The notes: generated from the letters alone by a model not told the origin. Shown: positions 29,862 through 40,362, counted from the stretch's first letter. The stretch is DNA of 64,000 nt from Candidatus Zixiibacteriota bacterium (GCA_037441845.1 JBBIRK010000001.1:497284-561283); one strand, 5' to 3'. A program made the numbers and translations.

Positions 29862-29889
29862 TAATGGAACCGGCTGCTGATGCCGATAG
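29862..29889 (+). promoter_or_regulatory. Sigma28-like promoter candidate
   Basis: TAAT-N16-GCCGATAG, ending 17 nt before ATG 29907. Confidence 0.4.
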
Positions 29890-29906
29890 TTAATGAGAAT
29901 TCGATT

Positions 29907-30104
29907 ATGACCCTGACTGGCAGACAAAAAAAGAAGCGGCTTTTTCGAATTGCCGGCAGCCTCACACTGGGGGCCTCGTTCGGGCTGCTTTTGAGTACGA
30001 TTGCGGGCAACTACAGCTCCCAATGCATGATTTTATGTAATTCCCCGATAGCCATGGCCTATTTCGCCCTGGTCGGGCTTTTATTATCGCTCAGGAAAGG
30101 CTGA
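29907..30104 (+). CDS. Small two-helix membrane protein (DUF6132-like)
   Basis: Two hydrophobic segments flanking SSQCMILCNSP; stop is 1 nt before the next start. Confidence 0.55.
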   Translation: MTLTGRQKKKRLFRIAGSLTLGASFGLLLSTIAGNYSSQCMILCNSPIAMAYFALVGLLLSLRKG

Positions 30105-30105
30105 T

Positions 30106-30309
30106 ATGCCGATTTTCGAATATAAGTGTAACGCGTGCGGCGGGAAGTTCGAATCATTGCGTTCGGTTTCGGCGAACGATCCCGTTATTTGTCCGGTCTG
30201 CGGCTCCGATCAAACGACGAAATTGTTCTCCACTTTCGCCAGCACGGGGGGGTCCGACAGCGTGCAATCGGCCGGCTCAGGATGCCGCAGCGGATCCGGA
30301 TTTTCCTGA
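30106..30309 (+). CDS. FmdB-family zinc-ribbon protein (possible Sec read-through to 30318)
   Basis: MPIFEYKCNACG..FE..CPVCGS..KLFSTF. Confidence 0.9.
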   Translation: MPIFEYKCNACGGKFESLRSVSANDPVICPVCGSDQTTKLFSTFASTGGSDSVQSAGSGCRSGSGFS

Positions 30310-30321
30310 GCCTCGTAACCG

Positions 30322-30338
30322 TTCTCCGGTTCGGAGAA
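30322..30338 (+). promoter_or_regulatory. Candidate bacterial SECIS hairpin
   Basis: TTCTCC-GGTTC-GGAGAA; loop begins with GG 18 nt after the TGA; no U-tract follows. Confidence 0.45.
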
Positions 30339-30469
30339 AATCGAAACAGCTATCGACCCTTAATGCATATCGCATGTCCATGTTTCTATTGAAAGTATAT
30401 CTTATTGAAGTTATATTTGCGCGGTGATTCGGGCGACGGAGAAGATCGAATTTTGAAAGCGCAAAAAGC

Positions 30470-30958
30470 ATGAAAGCACCGTTAAGCTGGGAAGAGTATT
30501 TCATGATACTCGCGGTCGTGGCCTCGCTCAAATCGAAAGACCCGAGCACTCAGGTGGGGGCGGTGATCGTCGATAATAAAAGCCGCCGAGTGATCAGCGC
30601 CGGATACAATGGATTTCCGCGCCATATCAACGACGACCTACTGCCCATGACCCGGCCGGAAAAATATCAATACACCGTCCACGCCGAACTTAACGCGATC
30701 CTGCACGCCCGCCAGGATTTATCCGGCTGTTCGCTTTACGTAAGCGTTTTCCCCTGCGCCGAGTGCATGAAAGCGATGATCCAGACAGGCATTAAGCGGG
30801 TCGTGTATCTAAACGAGCTGTCGGGACAGGATTGGGAGATTTCGAAAAACGCGACCATGAAACTGGCCGAGCTGGCCGGAGTTGAAATTAAACGTTTCGA
30901 CGGAAAAAACGAAATAATCGATTTTCTGGTTGAAAGGGTAAAGGTCCGCCGACTGTGA
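30470..30958 (+). CDS. dCMP deaminase family protein
   Basis: SKDPSTQVGA, GYNG, HAELNAI, PCAECMK. Confidence 0.92.
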   Translation: MKAPLSWEEYFMILAVVASLKSKDPSTQVGAVIVDNKSRRVISAGYNGFPRHINDDLLPMTRPEKYQYTVHAELNAILHARQDLSGCSLYVSVFPCAECMKAMIQTGIKRVVYLNELSGQDWEISKNATMKLAELAGVEIKRFDGKNEIIDFLVERVKVRRL

Positions 30959-31055
30959 CCGGCGCTAAAGGAACCCGGCATTTCACCGAATCAGAATTAT
31001 AACAACAACCGGAGATTTCCGAAAATCGCTTGATTAAATTTCGCACTTTTAGACT

Positions 31056-32447
31056 ATGGACTATTTCAGAAGAACAAAAATCTCGGCCATTCTGAAAAAT
31101 CCGGAACAGGCCGTCGAAAACGTAATAGTGTTGGGATGGATCAGATCGCGAAGCGACAAGCCCAACCTGGTTTTCCTGAAAGTCAATGACGGCAGCAGCC
31201 TGGACAGTCTCCAGATAGTCATTGAAAACCCCGATAGGTTTCCCGATATTTCCAGAGCTCGGTTGGGGGCGTCGATCCGCCTCGAAGGCGAATTGATCCC
31301 GGTAAAAGAGCGCGAACACAAGATCGAGTTGCACCCGAAAGCGCTGAGAATACTGGGTGATTGCCCACCGGATTATCCGGTCCAAAATAAAAGGCATACA
31401 TTCGAATTTTTGCGGGAAATCGCCCACCTCAGAGCGCGCACCAATACTTTCGGGGTGATGAATCGTTTCCGCAGCAAAATCGCATTCGCCATTCATAAGT
31501 TTTTTCAGGAGCGCGGCTTTTACTTCGTAGACACGCCGATGATCACCGCCGCCGATTGCGAAGGGGCGGGGCAGCAGTTCCGAGTCACCACGCTCGACCT
31601 GAAAAATCTGCCTTTTATCGACGGCGAGATCGATTTCGACAAAGATTTTTTCGGTTGCGAAACGTTTCTGACGGTTTCCGGACAGCTCGAGGGCGAAACC
31701 ATGGCCACCGCTCTGGGGGATATCTACACTTTCGGCCCGACTTTCCGCGCGGAGAACTCGAATACTTCGCGCCACCTTTCCGAATTCTGGATGATCGAAC
31801 CGGAAATGGCGTTCTGCGAACTCGAGGAAAATATGCAGCTCGCCGGCGAATTTCTGAAATACCTATTCGCCTACGCGCTCGAACAATGCCCAGAGGAGAT
31901 GAAATTTTTCAACACCCGTATCTCTTCCGACAGAATCGCCACGCTCGAAAGCATAATCCAGACCGACTTCGTCAAATGCTCCTACGATGAGGCTATAGGT
32001 ATTCTCAAAAAAGCGGGCAGGAAATTCGAATATCCGGTCGATTGGGGCAGCGACCTGCAGGCCGAACACGAACGATTTCTTTGCGAAAAGCATTTCAAGG
32101 CGCCGGTTATGGTTTACAATTATCCCCGCGGCATCAAAGCTTTTTACATGCGGGTCAACGACGACGAAAAAACGGTCGCCGCCGTCGATATACTCGTGCC
32201 TCAGGTTGGGGAAATTATCGGCGGCAGCCAGCGCGAGGAACGCCTCGACGTCTTACAAAATCAGATTCGCTCTTTCGGTCTGAACGAAAAAGTTTTGGAT
32301 TGGTATCTGGATTTGCGCCGTTTCGGGACGGTTCCACACGCCGGTTTCGGCCTCGGATTCGCCCGGGTCCTGATGTATATGTCCGGCCTGGCCAATATCC
32401 GCGATGTCGTGCCGTATCCGAGAGTGCCTCGCTGGGCGAAATTTTAG
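31056..32447 (+). CDS. asnS: Asparagine-tRNA ligase
   Basis: [50 protein letters not shown]. Confidence 0.97.
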   Translation: MDYFRRTKISAILKNPEQAVENVIVLGWIRSRSDKPNLVFLKVNDGSSLDSLQIVIENPDRFPDISRARLGASIRLEGELIPVKEREHKIELHPKALRILGDCPPDYPVQNKRHTFEFLREIAHLRARTNTFGVMNRFRSKIAFAIHKFFQERGFYFVDTPMITAADCEGAGQQFRVTTLDLKNLPFIDGEIDFDKDFFGCETFLTVSGQLEGETMATALGDIYTFGPTFRAENSNTSRHLSEFWMIEPEMAFCELEENMQLAGEFLKYLFAYALEQCPEEMKFFNTRISSDRIATLESIIQTDFVKCSYDEAIGILKKAGRKFEYPVDWGSDLQAEHERFLCEKHFKAPVMVYNYPRGIKAFYMRVNDDEKTVAAVDILVPQVGEIIGGSQREERLDVLQNQIRSFGLNEKVLDWYLDLRRFGTVPHAGFGLGFARVLMYMSGLANIRDVVPYPRVPRWAKF

Positions 32448-32501
32448 GGACGATAAATTTGACTTTGACTTGCGGATCGGCGGCCTTATTATGGCCGGTG
32501 C

Positions 32502-32575
32502 GGGCGGTTAACTCAGTTGGTTAGAGTACCTGCCTTACACGCAGGGTGTCACAGGTTCGACTCCTGTACCGCCCA
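32502..32575 (+). tRNA. tRNA-Val (anticodon UAC)
   Basis: GGGCGGT/ACCGCCC acceptor, CCTGC-CTTACAC-GCAGG anticodon arm, GGTTCGACTCC; TTGACT-N16-TATTAT upstream; CCA not encoded. Confidence 0.96.
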
Positions 32576-32715
32576 TTGAAACGGCGGCCGATTACGACGT
32601 GACCTTTCGTGTCGATATATACAATCAGATTCAAGTCCGATATTAGAGTGAACGAACCGTTGCCGAATTCGTCTTGCGATTTTTTCGCGGGTCGATCAGG
32701 GAGAAGGATTTGACT

Positions 32716-33810
32716 TTGAAAAAAATTGATTTGGTGGTGGGGGCGCGCCCTAATTTCATGAAAGCCGCTCCCCTCATGGACGCTCTGGCGAAGCGCCCCG
32801 AAATTTTCAAGCCGCGCTTGATACACACCGGCCAACATTACGACTACGACCTTTCCCGTCTTTTTTTCGAACAGCTGAAAATGAAAGAACCGGACATCTA
32901 CCTGGGCGTGGGATCGGGAACACAGGCCCAGCAGACTGCGCGGATAATGATCGAACTGGAAAAAGTGCTGCTTGAATCGAAACCTGATTTGGTGGTGGTT
33001 TTCGGCGATGTCAATTCCACGATGGCGGCGGCTATCGTGGCGGCGAAGTTATGGATAAGGGTGGCGCATGTGGAAGCGGGCTTGCGCAGTTTCGACAACA
33101 CCATGCCCGAGGAAATCAATCGGATCGTCACCGACCGCCTGTCGGATCTGCTGTTCGTAACCGAAAAATCGGGGCTGGAAAATCTAAAAAAAGAGGGAGT
33201 ACCCGCCGAGCGGGTATTTTTCACCGGCAATATAATGATCGATTCGCTGGTGAAAAATCTCGAAATCGCCCGCCGCTCGCCGATCGTCGAAAATCTCGGC
33301 CTGGCCAAAGACGATTATGTCGCGCTGACTCTGCATCGGCCGTCGAATGTCGATGATCCCGTGGTCCTGAAAAAAATCATCGAAATCCTAACCCGAATAG
33401 GCCGGAAAATACCGATCGTTTTTCCTTGCCACCCACGAACCCAAAAGCGCATGGAGGAGTTCGGTCTGAGATCAGCGATTGACGATAAGGCGATTAAAAT
33501 AATCGATCCGCTCGGATATATCGATTTCTTGCGCCTTCAGGCCGATGCCAAATTCGTGCTGACCGATTCCGGTGGGGTCCAAGAAGAGACCACTTTCCTT
33601 AAAATCCCTTGCATAACGCTTCGCCGAACCACCGAAAGACCGATAACCTGTGAAATCGGCAGTAATTTTCTGGTGGGCGATGATTACGACCTTCTTATGA
33701 AAACCGCCGACGATATCATGAGCGGCAAAATCAAAGAAGGAAAAATCCCCGATCTGTGGGACGGCAAGACCGCTGAAAGAATCGTCGATATCCTGGCTCA
33801 AAAGGCCTAA
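32716..33810 (+). CDS. wecB: UDP-N-acetylglucosamine 2-epimerase (non-hydrolysing)
   Basis: GARPNFMK, HTGQHYD, HVEAGLRS, PEEINR, TDSGGVQEE; TTG start after AAGGA inferred. Confidence 0.95.
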   Translation: MKKIDLVVGARPNFMKAAPLMDALAKRPEIFKPRLIHTGQHYDYDLSRLFFEQLKMKEPDIYLGVGSGTQAQQTARIMIELEKVLLESKPDLVVVFGDVNSTMAAAIVAAKLWIRVAHVEAGLRSFDNTMPEEINRIVTDRLSDLLFVTEKSGLENLKKEGVPAERVFFTGNIMIDSLVKNLEIARRSPIVENLGLAKDDYVALTLHRPSNVDDPVVLKKIIEILTRIGRKIPIVFPCHPRTQKRMEEFGLRSAIDDKAIKIIDPLGYIDFLRLQADAKFVLTDSGGVQEETTFLKIPCITLRRTTERPITCEIGSNFLVGDDYDLLMKTADDIMSGKIKEGKIPDLWDGKTAERIVDILAQKA

Positions 33811-34047
33811 CTCCGCCCGATCCACCGACATACTACCCGGGCCGGGATGATCCTCGACACCACCGACGATAGGCGGTATTCATTACCTATACGCACCTTT
33901 CCCGAAAGCGAAAAATACGCATCGTTGGCGCCGAAACGAGTCGATTACGAAACCGGCGAGGCAAAACAGCGGAATTCCCCATACCACCAGGACAAGCACT
34001 ATCGCCCCAGCTCCATATGCGGCGTTATAGTCGATGATATTAAAACT

Positions 34048-35442
34048 CTAATTTCCCGACCAGCCAGCCAAGCGCGCCAGCATCCACCAGAATGCCATCC
34101 CTTTGCGGTAGCAGTTCAAACAATGCGAATGCGAGCAATTGGCGCAGGTGGGACAAGGATGAGAGTTACACCAGTCGTAACACCATTCGCAGATATCGTG
34201 TGTCCCCGGATAATAGTTGCCGTCGGGATCATGACACTCGATATCGCTGAAATCGAACAATATCTTCCCGTTGGCGCGACAATAATTGCGAATCAACGTG
34301 TTATGCCCATACATCTCGTTGCCGGAACCATCGAGCGGGCCGGTCATATACACGAACGCTACTCCGGGATAATCCCGACCGAGATCGTCGAGTTTATTCA
34401 AGTAAGCGTAAATGCCGGCGGAATCGTTATGGCCGCGCACCAACCCGATACACCAGGAATACATCACGACGTCGATCTCGGGATGCGCGTCTAAATATAC
34501 CCTGGTCGGAGGCGCCCACGAGGTGTCGCCCCATTCGCCCAAATCATCGGCGACTTCATGGATCGAAGGCAAAGAATAAAGTGAATCCTGGTCGCGTAAA
34601 ATCGTCATTCCCTGGATAAGTTGACCCCCATGAGAAGAATGCGCATAATATATCCGGAGGTCGCTGCGGATACGCCTGATTATCGAATCCGGTATCGCGG
34701 AGAACCGGCTGACGATAAAATGATCGGCCACGATCGCCGATTCCGTATCGGCCGTGTCGGTCACGGTTATCGTCATGCGCATGGTATCGGCCAGAGCATT
34801 GGCAAAAGCGACAAATGTCAACTCATAATCGCCGACTTGCTGCATCGAAGGCTGAAAAGTCAACCCTCCGATTCCGTTCGATGAATCGATGAAAACGGCG
34901 TTCGCCGGCAGACCGAGCCCAAACAAAAAAATCGGGTCTCCGGGGCTGTCCGTGGCGGTTATCCGCTGACCAAGCCGCTGTCCGACCCGAATCGTCGCCG
35001 GAGCGATCGGATCCAACAAAGGCGGCGTGTCCCCAGCAATCTCGCATCCCGGAAAACCAATCGGCCGCGATTGGGGTAGCGAATCGGGTGTGGGCCATAG
35101 GGGAACGAATCGAGAACAATAACGGACGTCCACCTGACCTTTCAAATAGCCGACCAAGCGCGACACGTCGCTGCCCCTCACCTGACAATCGCCGTTGACA
35201 TCGGCGGCCGCCCAGAACGTATCCAAAGGGCATTTGACGCTGGTTATCCGTTGTTTGAGATAATTGATCAGATAAGTAACATCGGCGGTCTGCACCGATG
35301 GCGGCCAGTTGCCGTAGTACATATTGACGTCACCGGGTAGATATTGATAAGTCTGGCAGAAAGCTTCACCCCCAAGCCCCGATAAAGCGACAAACAGGCT
35401 CACGACCATCGGAACAAAATATCGGTCGGCTGATTTTTTCAT
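34048..35442 (-). CDS. Secreted protein: dockerin-like, Ig-like and uncharacterised Cys/His-rich domains
   Basis: Signal peptide; PGDVN..DVTYLINYL..ADVNGDCQV..DVSRLVGYL; ATDSPGD..LPANA Ig repeat; YAHSSHGGQL..CSHSHCLNC..WWMLARLAGW. Confidence 0.75.
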   Translation of the reverse strand: MKKSADRYFVPMVVSLFVALSGLGGEAFCQTYQYLPGDVNMYYGNWPPSVQTADVTYLINYLKQRITSVKCPLDTFWAAADVNGDCQVRGSDVSRLVGYLKGQVDVRYCSRFVPLWPTPDSLPQSRPIGFPGCEIAGDTPPLLDPIAPATIRVGQRLGQRITATDSPGDPIFLFGLGLPANAVFIDSSNGIGGLTFQPSMQQVGDYELTFVAFANALADTMRMTITVTDTADTESAIVADHFIVSRFSAIPDSIIRRIRSDLRIYYAHSSHGGQLIQGMTILRDQDSLYSLPSIHEVADDLGEWGDTSWAPPTRVYLDAHPEIDVVMYSWCIGLVRGHNDSAGIYAYLNKLDDLGRDYPGVAFVYMTGPLDGSGNEMYGHNTLIRNYCRANGKILFDFSDIECHDPDGNYYPGTHDICEWCYDWCNSHPCPTCANCSHSHCLNCYRKGMAFWWMLARLAGWSGN

Positions 35443-35635
35443 CTATCTACTCCTCGCGTTCAGATCCATCCGAATAGCCGACGCCGCTTCAAATCGTCAT
35501 GATTTTGCCGGCCCTTTATTGAAACCCGGCCGCGCCGGGCAACCGAAGTAAGTTAATTATAGCACACTCGCGGGCTTTCCGCAAAGGAAAACGGCGGTTA
35601 TTGTGAATAAAAAGCGGAAGTGTTTATGAACGAAA

Positions 35636-36599
35636 TTATTTCAACAACACCATGCGTATGATTTGCCTGCCGTAGCGTGTAGTCAATTGGGCGAAATAAA
35701 CACCCGAGGGATAAGCCGAACCGTTCCAGACGATTTCATGGTTCCCCGCATCGCGATATCCCGCAAAAAGCGATTCGATCTTCTGTCCGGCGATATTGTA
35801 GATGGAGATATCGAGTGCGCTCGAACGTTCAAGTGAGCAGCAGATTATAGTCGAGCCGTTGAAAGGATTGGGATAGTTTTGTAACAAGGCAAACTGCGTC
35901 GGAAATTGCTCACTTTCACTTTCGATTTCCGTGGCGGTCAGCCAGCGCATAACTTCGCCCAGATAGTCGGCTCGGCTGTTCGGTCCCGAATCGTCGAATA
36001 TCGAAAAGTAATAAGAAGTCAGGAAAACCCGAAACGGCCTATCGATCGCCAGCGGGAGGGTATGGCATGACGGCATATCGCTTTGGCATCAAAAAGCGCA
36101 TTCCCCTGCCAGACCGATCATCGGAAAAGAGCTTGGCCGGTTGTGAACAATCAAGGATTCGGGGCGGTTGCAAGAATAAACGGCCGTAAAATAGGGGGGA
36201 TTACAAGTGGTTATATCAAAGCCGCCGAGAATGCAATTGCGATAATAATCGTTCAATTGAACCGACACCCTCCCAATAGAGCGATCCGCCGCGGATCAAA
36301 TAATCAGTTAACTGGTCTTGCAGCAACGCCAGCAGGCTGTCGGCAACATGGCTATAGTCGTTGCCGGGTTCCCCGAATTCGGAAATTATGAACAGCGGCT
36401 CATACTGGTCGAGATTCCCTAGTAAAATCCCGAGATCCGTTTCCAGCCGGCCTGAGTATTGAGCCGATTGGAAAACTCGATGGAGGTCATCGCCTGAAGA
36501 GGAGCCGATAGGATTCCAAATAAAGTAGGGAAGAGCCATGGCGGTCGAACATATGATAAGAATTTGGAAAGCCGCGAATATCTTGGCTATCCTCGTCAT
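35636..36599 (-). pseudogene. Disrupted secreted protein with T9SS/FlgD-type C-terminal domain
   Basis: Signal-peptide ORF 36216..36599 shifts frame near 36250 into DYYRNCILGG..GECAF*(TGA 36089-36091)CQSDMPS.., which continues into LLQNYPNPFN..IYNIAGQ..SGVYF..MVLLK. Confidence 0.7.
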
Positions 36600-36758
36600 A
36601 TATTCCTCTTGTTAATTTTGTTAAGCCCCTTACACCGCTCAGATAAAATTAATGGAGCGACAAATCCATAGTCAAGCAAGATGTGGCGCCATGCTTCGAT
36701 CTTTACGACTGTTTTCTTGCTGTAGTATATTACGATTTATGTAATCGACTATTCGGCT

Positions 36759-37967
36759 CTATTCTCCCTTGAAATACTGGATGTAGGTATCGTTGTGGAT
36801 TTCGCCGGTCCGGCCATCTTCCCAGGGACCTGAAATGGCAATCCGGATAATAAAACCATCGTCCGTGCCCGTAAAGACCGCCGTTTTGTCATCGCCGCCG
36901 ATCGAGCCTAATTTATTGACCTTCTCGAAAAATGCGCTGACCTTTTTCACGCTGTCGTTGGTTCGATAAACGAAAACATCTTGACCGAGCGAGAATCGGG
37001 CAAATTCGGTTTGTTCGGGATCGAATTTCGCTCCGGGATAAACCGGAACGCCGAAATGCATCGATTGTTGCGGGGCGTTGGATTCTTTGAACGGATTGAC
37101 TTTGCGTTTGACCAGCTCGACCCGTCGGTTTTTCGCCCTTCCTTGTTCGGTGGCGTTGTCGGCGATGGGTCTGCTTTCGCCGTAGCCGATCGCGGTCATC
37201 CGCCTCTGGTCGATCCCGAGCGAGGCTATGGCGCCTACCACCTCTTTGGCCCGCGCCTCCGAAAGGAGCTGGTTGTCCTTTTCCTCGCCGACATTATCGG
37301 TGTGCCCCTCGATATTCAGCTCCAACGATTCATCCAAGCGCATCATTTGCACGATCTGCTGAATTATCGGGTGCGACTCTTCCTTGATAACCGATCGATT
37401 AGTGTCGAAATTTATGTAAAGAGTAACATAACCGTCGCGATTGATCGCCTCGAGCATACCGGAAGCGGTGACATCCTGTTTCATCGATTCTTTCTCGACC
37501 AATGTGAGATAATAGCCGAGTCCATCGTCGAAAGCCAAAACTTCGACCCAAAGTTCACCGCCGCCCTTAAGCACTCTGCCCACCACCATAGGATAGCCGG
37601 CGTTGCTGTTGCAGCGGGGATCTTCGGGGCAGGTTCCCTCGAACGAAATCGATCCGCCCATCTGCTTTATGGCGTTGACATAATTACGCAGTATTTGGAT
37701 TTCGCTTGCCGATTCCGCCCCCTCTTTCAAGGTGTAATAACGGAACATCTTTTTGCCTTCCATTACGGTGCAATCCTTGCCGTTAAAGAACGTGTAGGCG
37801 TCGAACTGCTTGTCGTCGGATTCGAAAATGCCGTAATTCGGCATACCCGAAAAGTAGGGGGTGTCTTTGGCGGCCGGTGCCGAGCTTTCTTCCTCATCCT
37901 GCGCCGCGGAAATGCCCGCCGACAATAAAAATAGCCCCGCGATAATCAGCAATTCTCTGATTTTCAT
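36759..37967 (-). CDS. OmpA/MotB-domain periplasmic protein with extra N- and C-terminal domains
   Basis: Signal peptide; INFDT, IEGHTD..N..LSEARA, GYGESRPIADN, NRRVELV; AGGAG RBS. Confidence 0.85.
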   Translation of the reverse strand: MKIRELLIIAGLFLLSAGISAAQDEEESSAPAAKDTPYFSGMPNYGIFESDDKQFDAYTFFNGKDCTVMEGKKMFRYYTLKEGAESASEIQILRNYVNAIKQMGGSISFEGTCPEDPRCNSNAGYPMVVGRVLKGGGELWVEVLAFDDGLGYYLTLVEKESMKQDVTASGMLEAINRDGYVTLYINFDTNRSVIKEESHPIIQQIVQMMRLDESLELNIEGHTDNVGEEKDNQLLSEARAKEVVGAIASLGIDQRRMTAIGYGESRPIADNATEQGRAKNRRVELVKRKVNPFKESNAPQQSMHFGVPVYPGAKFDPEQTEFARFSLGQDVFVYRTNDSVKKVSAFFEKVNKLGSIGGDDKTAVFTGTDDGFIIRIAISGPWEDGRTGEIHNDTYIQYFKGE

Positions 37968-38052
37968 GGTCGCTCCTTTTTATAAATCATAATCGATTAT
38001 TTTCCTGCTTGATCGTCGGCATGGGCCGAATTTCCCGACATCTGCCGATTCT

Positions 38053-40362
38053 TTATTTCGTTCCTTCCCCGATAATGCCGATTACCTCTCCGATTCGGTG
38101 AATCGGCTGACTGCAACGATTGAGTGAGTCGCTCATGCTCCCGAATTCTCTGCCGTGTCTCACGAAATTATTTTTCAATTCGAGCATCTCCGGCAGTGCC
38201 CCGCGAAACGCGCGAACCTTTGCCGTTTCCGGCAGCGATAATGCCTGTTCCAATTGATCGAACAACTGTAAAGTGGAATTAGTGGTGGTGCGCATAGGTT
38301 CAAAAGTATTTTGATTGAATTGACCAAAACATGGCAGGAATCCGTCTATATCTTGACCGATTCCGCCGATCCCCTCTGGAGTCCCTTGCCAGCTTGTCGT
38401 ATCCCAACGATCACAGCCGCAATCGGTCGGAAATCCTCCGCCCTGCGGCGGCGGTGGTGGGGGCGGTGGGGGTTCGATAATTATATCATCTCCCGGCCCT
38501 TGGGGCTCGGGCGGCTCCGCCGGTGGGGGAGGAGGCGGTTCTGGTGGAGGGGGCGGTGATGGCTGGGGTGGCGGCGGCTCGGCCGGAGGAGGAGGATGGG
38601 GTGGTTCTGGAGGTGGCTCCGGAGGCTTCGGTTCGGTAGGTTCCGGCCCGCCGAAATCCTTGCATAACTCGACCTGTCGGCGGTTGGCGTCATCATACTG
38701 CTCCTGCAATTCTTTCTGCCTTCGCAAAGACTTCTCAAGCGCCTGGCAACCGGCTTTTATTACGTCGAGATCGTGACCGACCTCCAAGCCGGCTTGGCCG
38801 TATTCTACCAAATCCGCGATTATGCCAATTGTCATTTTTTTCACGAAATTGATTTGCATTTTGATATACATATCCACTAATGACCAACGTCCGGTCCAGG
38901 TGCCCTCCTCGGTAACATCATGCAATTGCTGAATCACTTCGGAAACGATATCGAGAGCCCCACCGCCCTCCGCGCCGGCCGCCGAAACAAAGATCCCCAA
39001 CGCTTTCGCCCCCATTTTTGTCATATGTCGGTCGGTCTCCCTCAGCGCCCTGTTGAATTCGGGATCGTCTCGGATACGCAGCACATCCTTAAGATTTTCA
39101 TCTTTCTGTTTCTTCAAGTCCTCGATTTTCTGCTGTAATCTCCGCTTGGTCTCCTGGTCGCAAGGGACCACCTCGATGGTGATTAAGTGTTCGTCTTTGT
39201 GGCCGCAACGGGTCTGACCCTGGGCCGTAGTCACCCCCTCCTGCTTGCCGGTGATCTGCAGTGAACTACCGCTATTGCCGACGGTGGCTACGTTTTGATC
39301 GGTGACCTCGAAAATCAGCAGATCCGCACCGGCCGGATCCTGCACGATGGGGACGTTTATCACCGCCTCTTTACGATTGCCGTCTTCGTCGTATAGGCCG
39401 ATCTGAGGTATTGGAGCTCCGCCATTGACTGAAAGAAGTTCGACCACGCTGCCCACAAGTTTCACCGATGATTTTTGTCCCCTAGGTGATTCATACTCGA
39501 CACGGATTCCCCCGCGCCCGGGATTGTTTCCGGTTATGGTAATCGTTTTCCCCGATCCGGATATGTTGAAAAGCGATGCCGGTTCCGATATCCAACGATA
39601 GGTGCCGCCCTCGGGCTTGGCGCTGGCGGTCATCTGGGTCTCCGAACCTATGAGCAAATCGGTGCAACCCTCCAAAGAAATTTTGGATTCCTCGGGTGGA
39701 CGCGATCGGATTATCACGCGGCCGTTGCCGTCAAGCGGGCAGTAAAAAGGGGCATCGCCGTTGAATTCGTATTCATATGATTTTTCGAATTCACCCTTTA
39801 ACTCGTCACGGGTTAAAGAAATGGCAAAATCGGTCTTGTAATCGATACTTCCGAAATAATGCTCGAATGTCATCTCCTCTTCGGTTCGACCCTCTTTGGA
39901 GCTGTGCACGCAGACACCCCAATCGAAAGTATGTATCACCAGGTCGCTCAACCCCGTATCGAGGTTCATCCGAAGCGTCACCTGGGTATGAGGATTGGAC
40001 CCGACCCGGCAATTGGTAGTGGAAACGGTGCTGCCGTAGACCGGGTCGATACTTGAGCAAGTTTGCAGATTCAGCGTGAATGGAAGATCATCGCCGACGA
40101 AACCGATCATAGAAGTATCGTCGAAAACCATCGGCTCGAGCAAACCCTCCATATGAAAAGAAAGTTGTCCTCCCCTGAATGCCGTTTCGCCGTCTTGTAG
40201 TTGACCCCGGACATCCCAGGAGAACCAGATGCGCTCATCATCATTACCCCGCAACGGTTCGACTTGCGACCGCGCAACCTCCGGTACAGCCGACAAAATG
40301 ACGACTACAGCCACTATAAATGCGCGATAAGCGTAACGGAGAACGTTCGATTTATAAGGCAT
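38053..40362 (-). CDS. Secreted hypothetical protein: Ig-like domains, coiled coil, Pro-rich linker
   Basis: 769-aa ORF with signal peptide; VTDQNVATV..ITGKQEGVTT Ig-like segment; heptad region; poly-Pro tract. Confidence 0.75.
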   Translation of the reverse strand: MPYKSNVLRYAYRAFIVAVVVILSAVPEVARSQVEPLRGNDDERIWFSWDVRGQLQDGETAFRGGQLSFHMEGLLEPMVFDDTSMIGFVGDDLPFTLNLQTCSSIDPVYGSTVSTTNCRVGSNPHTQVTLRMNLDTGLSDLVIHTFDWGVCVHSSKEGRTEEEMTFEHYFGSIDYKTDFAISLTRDELKGEFEKSYEYEFNGDAPFYCPLDGNGRVIIRSRPPEESKISLEGCTDLLIGSETQMTASAKPEGGTYRWISEPASLFNISGSGKTITITGNNPGRGGIRVEYESPRGQKSSVKLVGSVVELLSVNGGAPIPQIGLYDEDGNRKEAVINVPIVQDPAGADLLIFEVTDQNVATVGNSGSSLQITGKQEGVTTAQGQTRCGHKDEHLITIEVVPCDQETKRRLQQKIEDLKKQKDENLKDVLRIRDDPEFNRALRETDRHMTKMGAKALGIFVSAAGAEGGGALDIVSEVIQQLHDVTEEGTWTGRWSLVDMYIKMQINFVKKMTIGIIADLVEYGQAGLEVGHDLDVIKAGCQALEKSLRRQKELQEQYDDANRRQVELCKDFGGPEPTEPKPPEPPPEPPHPPPPAEPPPPQPSPPPPPEPPPPPPAEPPEPQGPGDDIIIEPPPPPPPPPQGGGFPTDCGCDRWDTTSWQGTPEGIGGIGQDIDGFLPCFGQFNQNTFEPMRTTTNSTLQLFDQLEQALSLPETAKVRAFRGALPEMLELKNNFVRHGREFGSMSDSLNRCSQPIHRIGEVIGIIGEGTK
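38443..38650 (-). repeat. Low-complexity Pro-rich coding repeat (EPPPP-type)
   Basis: GG-rich tract on + encoding PEPPPEPPHPPPPAEPPPPQPSPPPPPEPPPPP. Confidence 0.85.

Noticed and set aside
34110..34200. Cys/His cluster as a c-type haem motif
   Set aside because: The sequence is CPTCANCSHSH, with no exact CxxCH.
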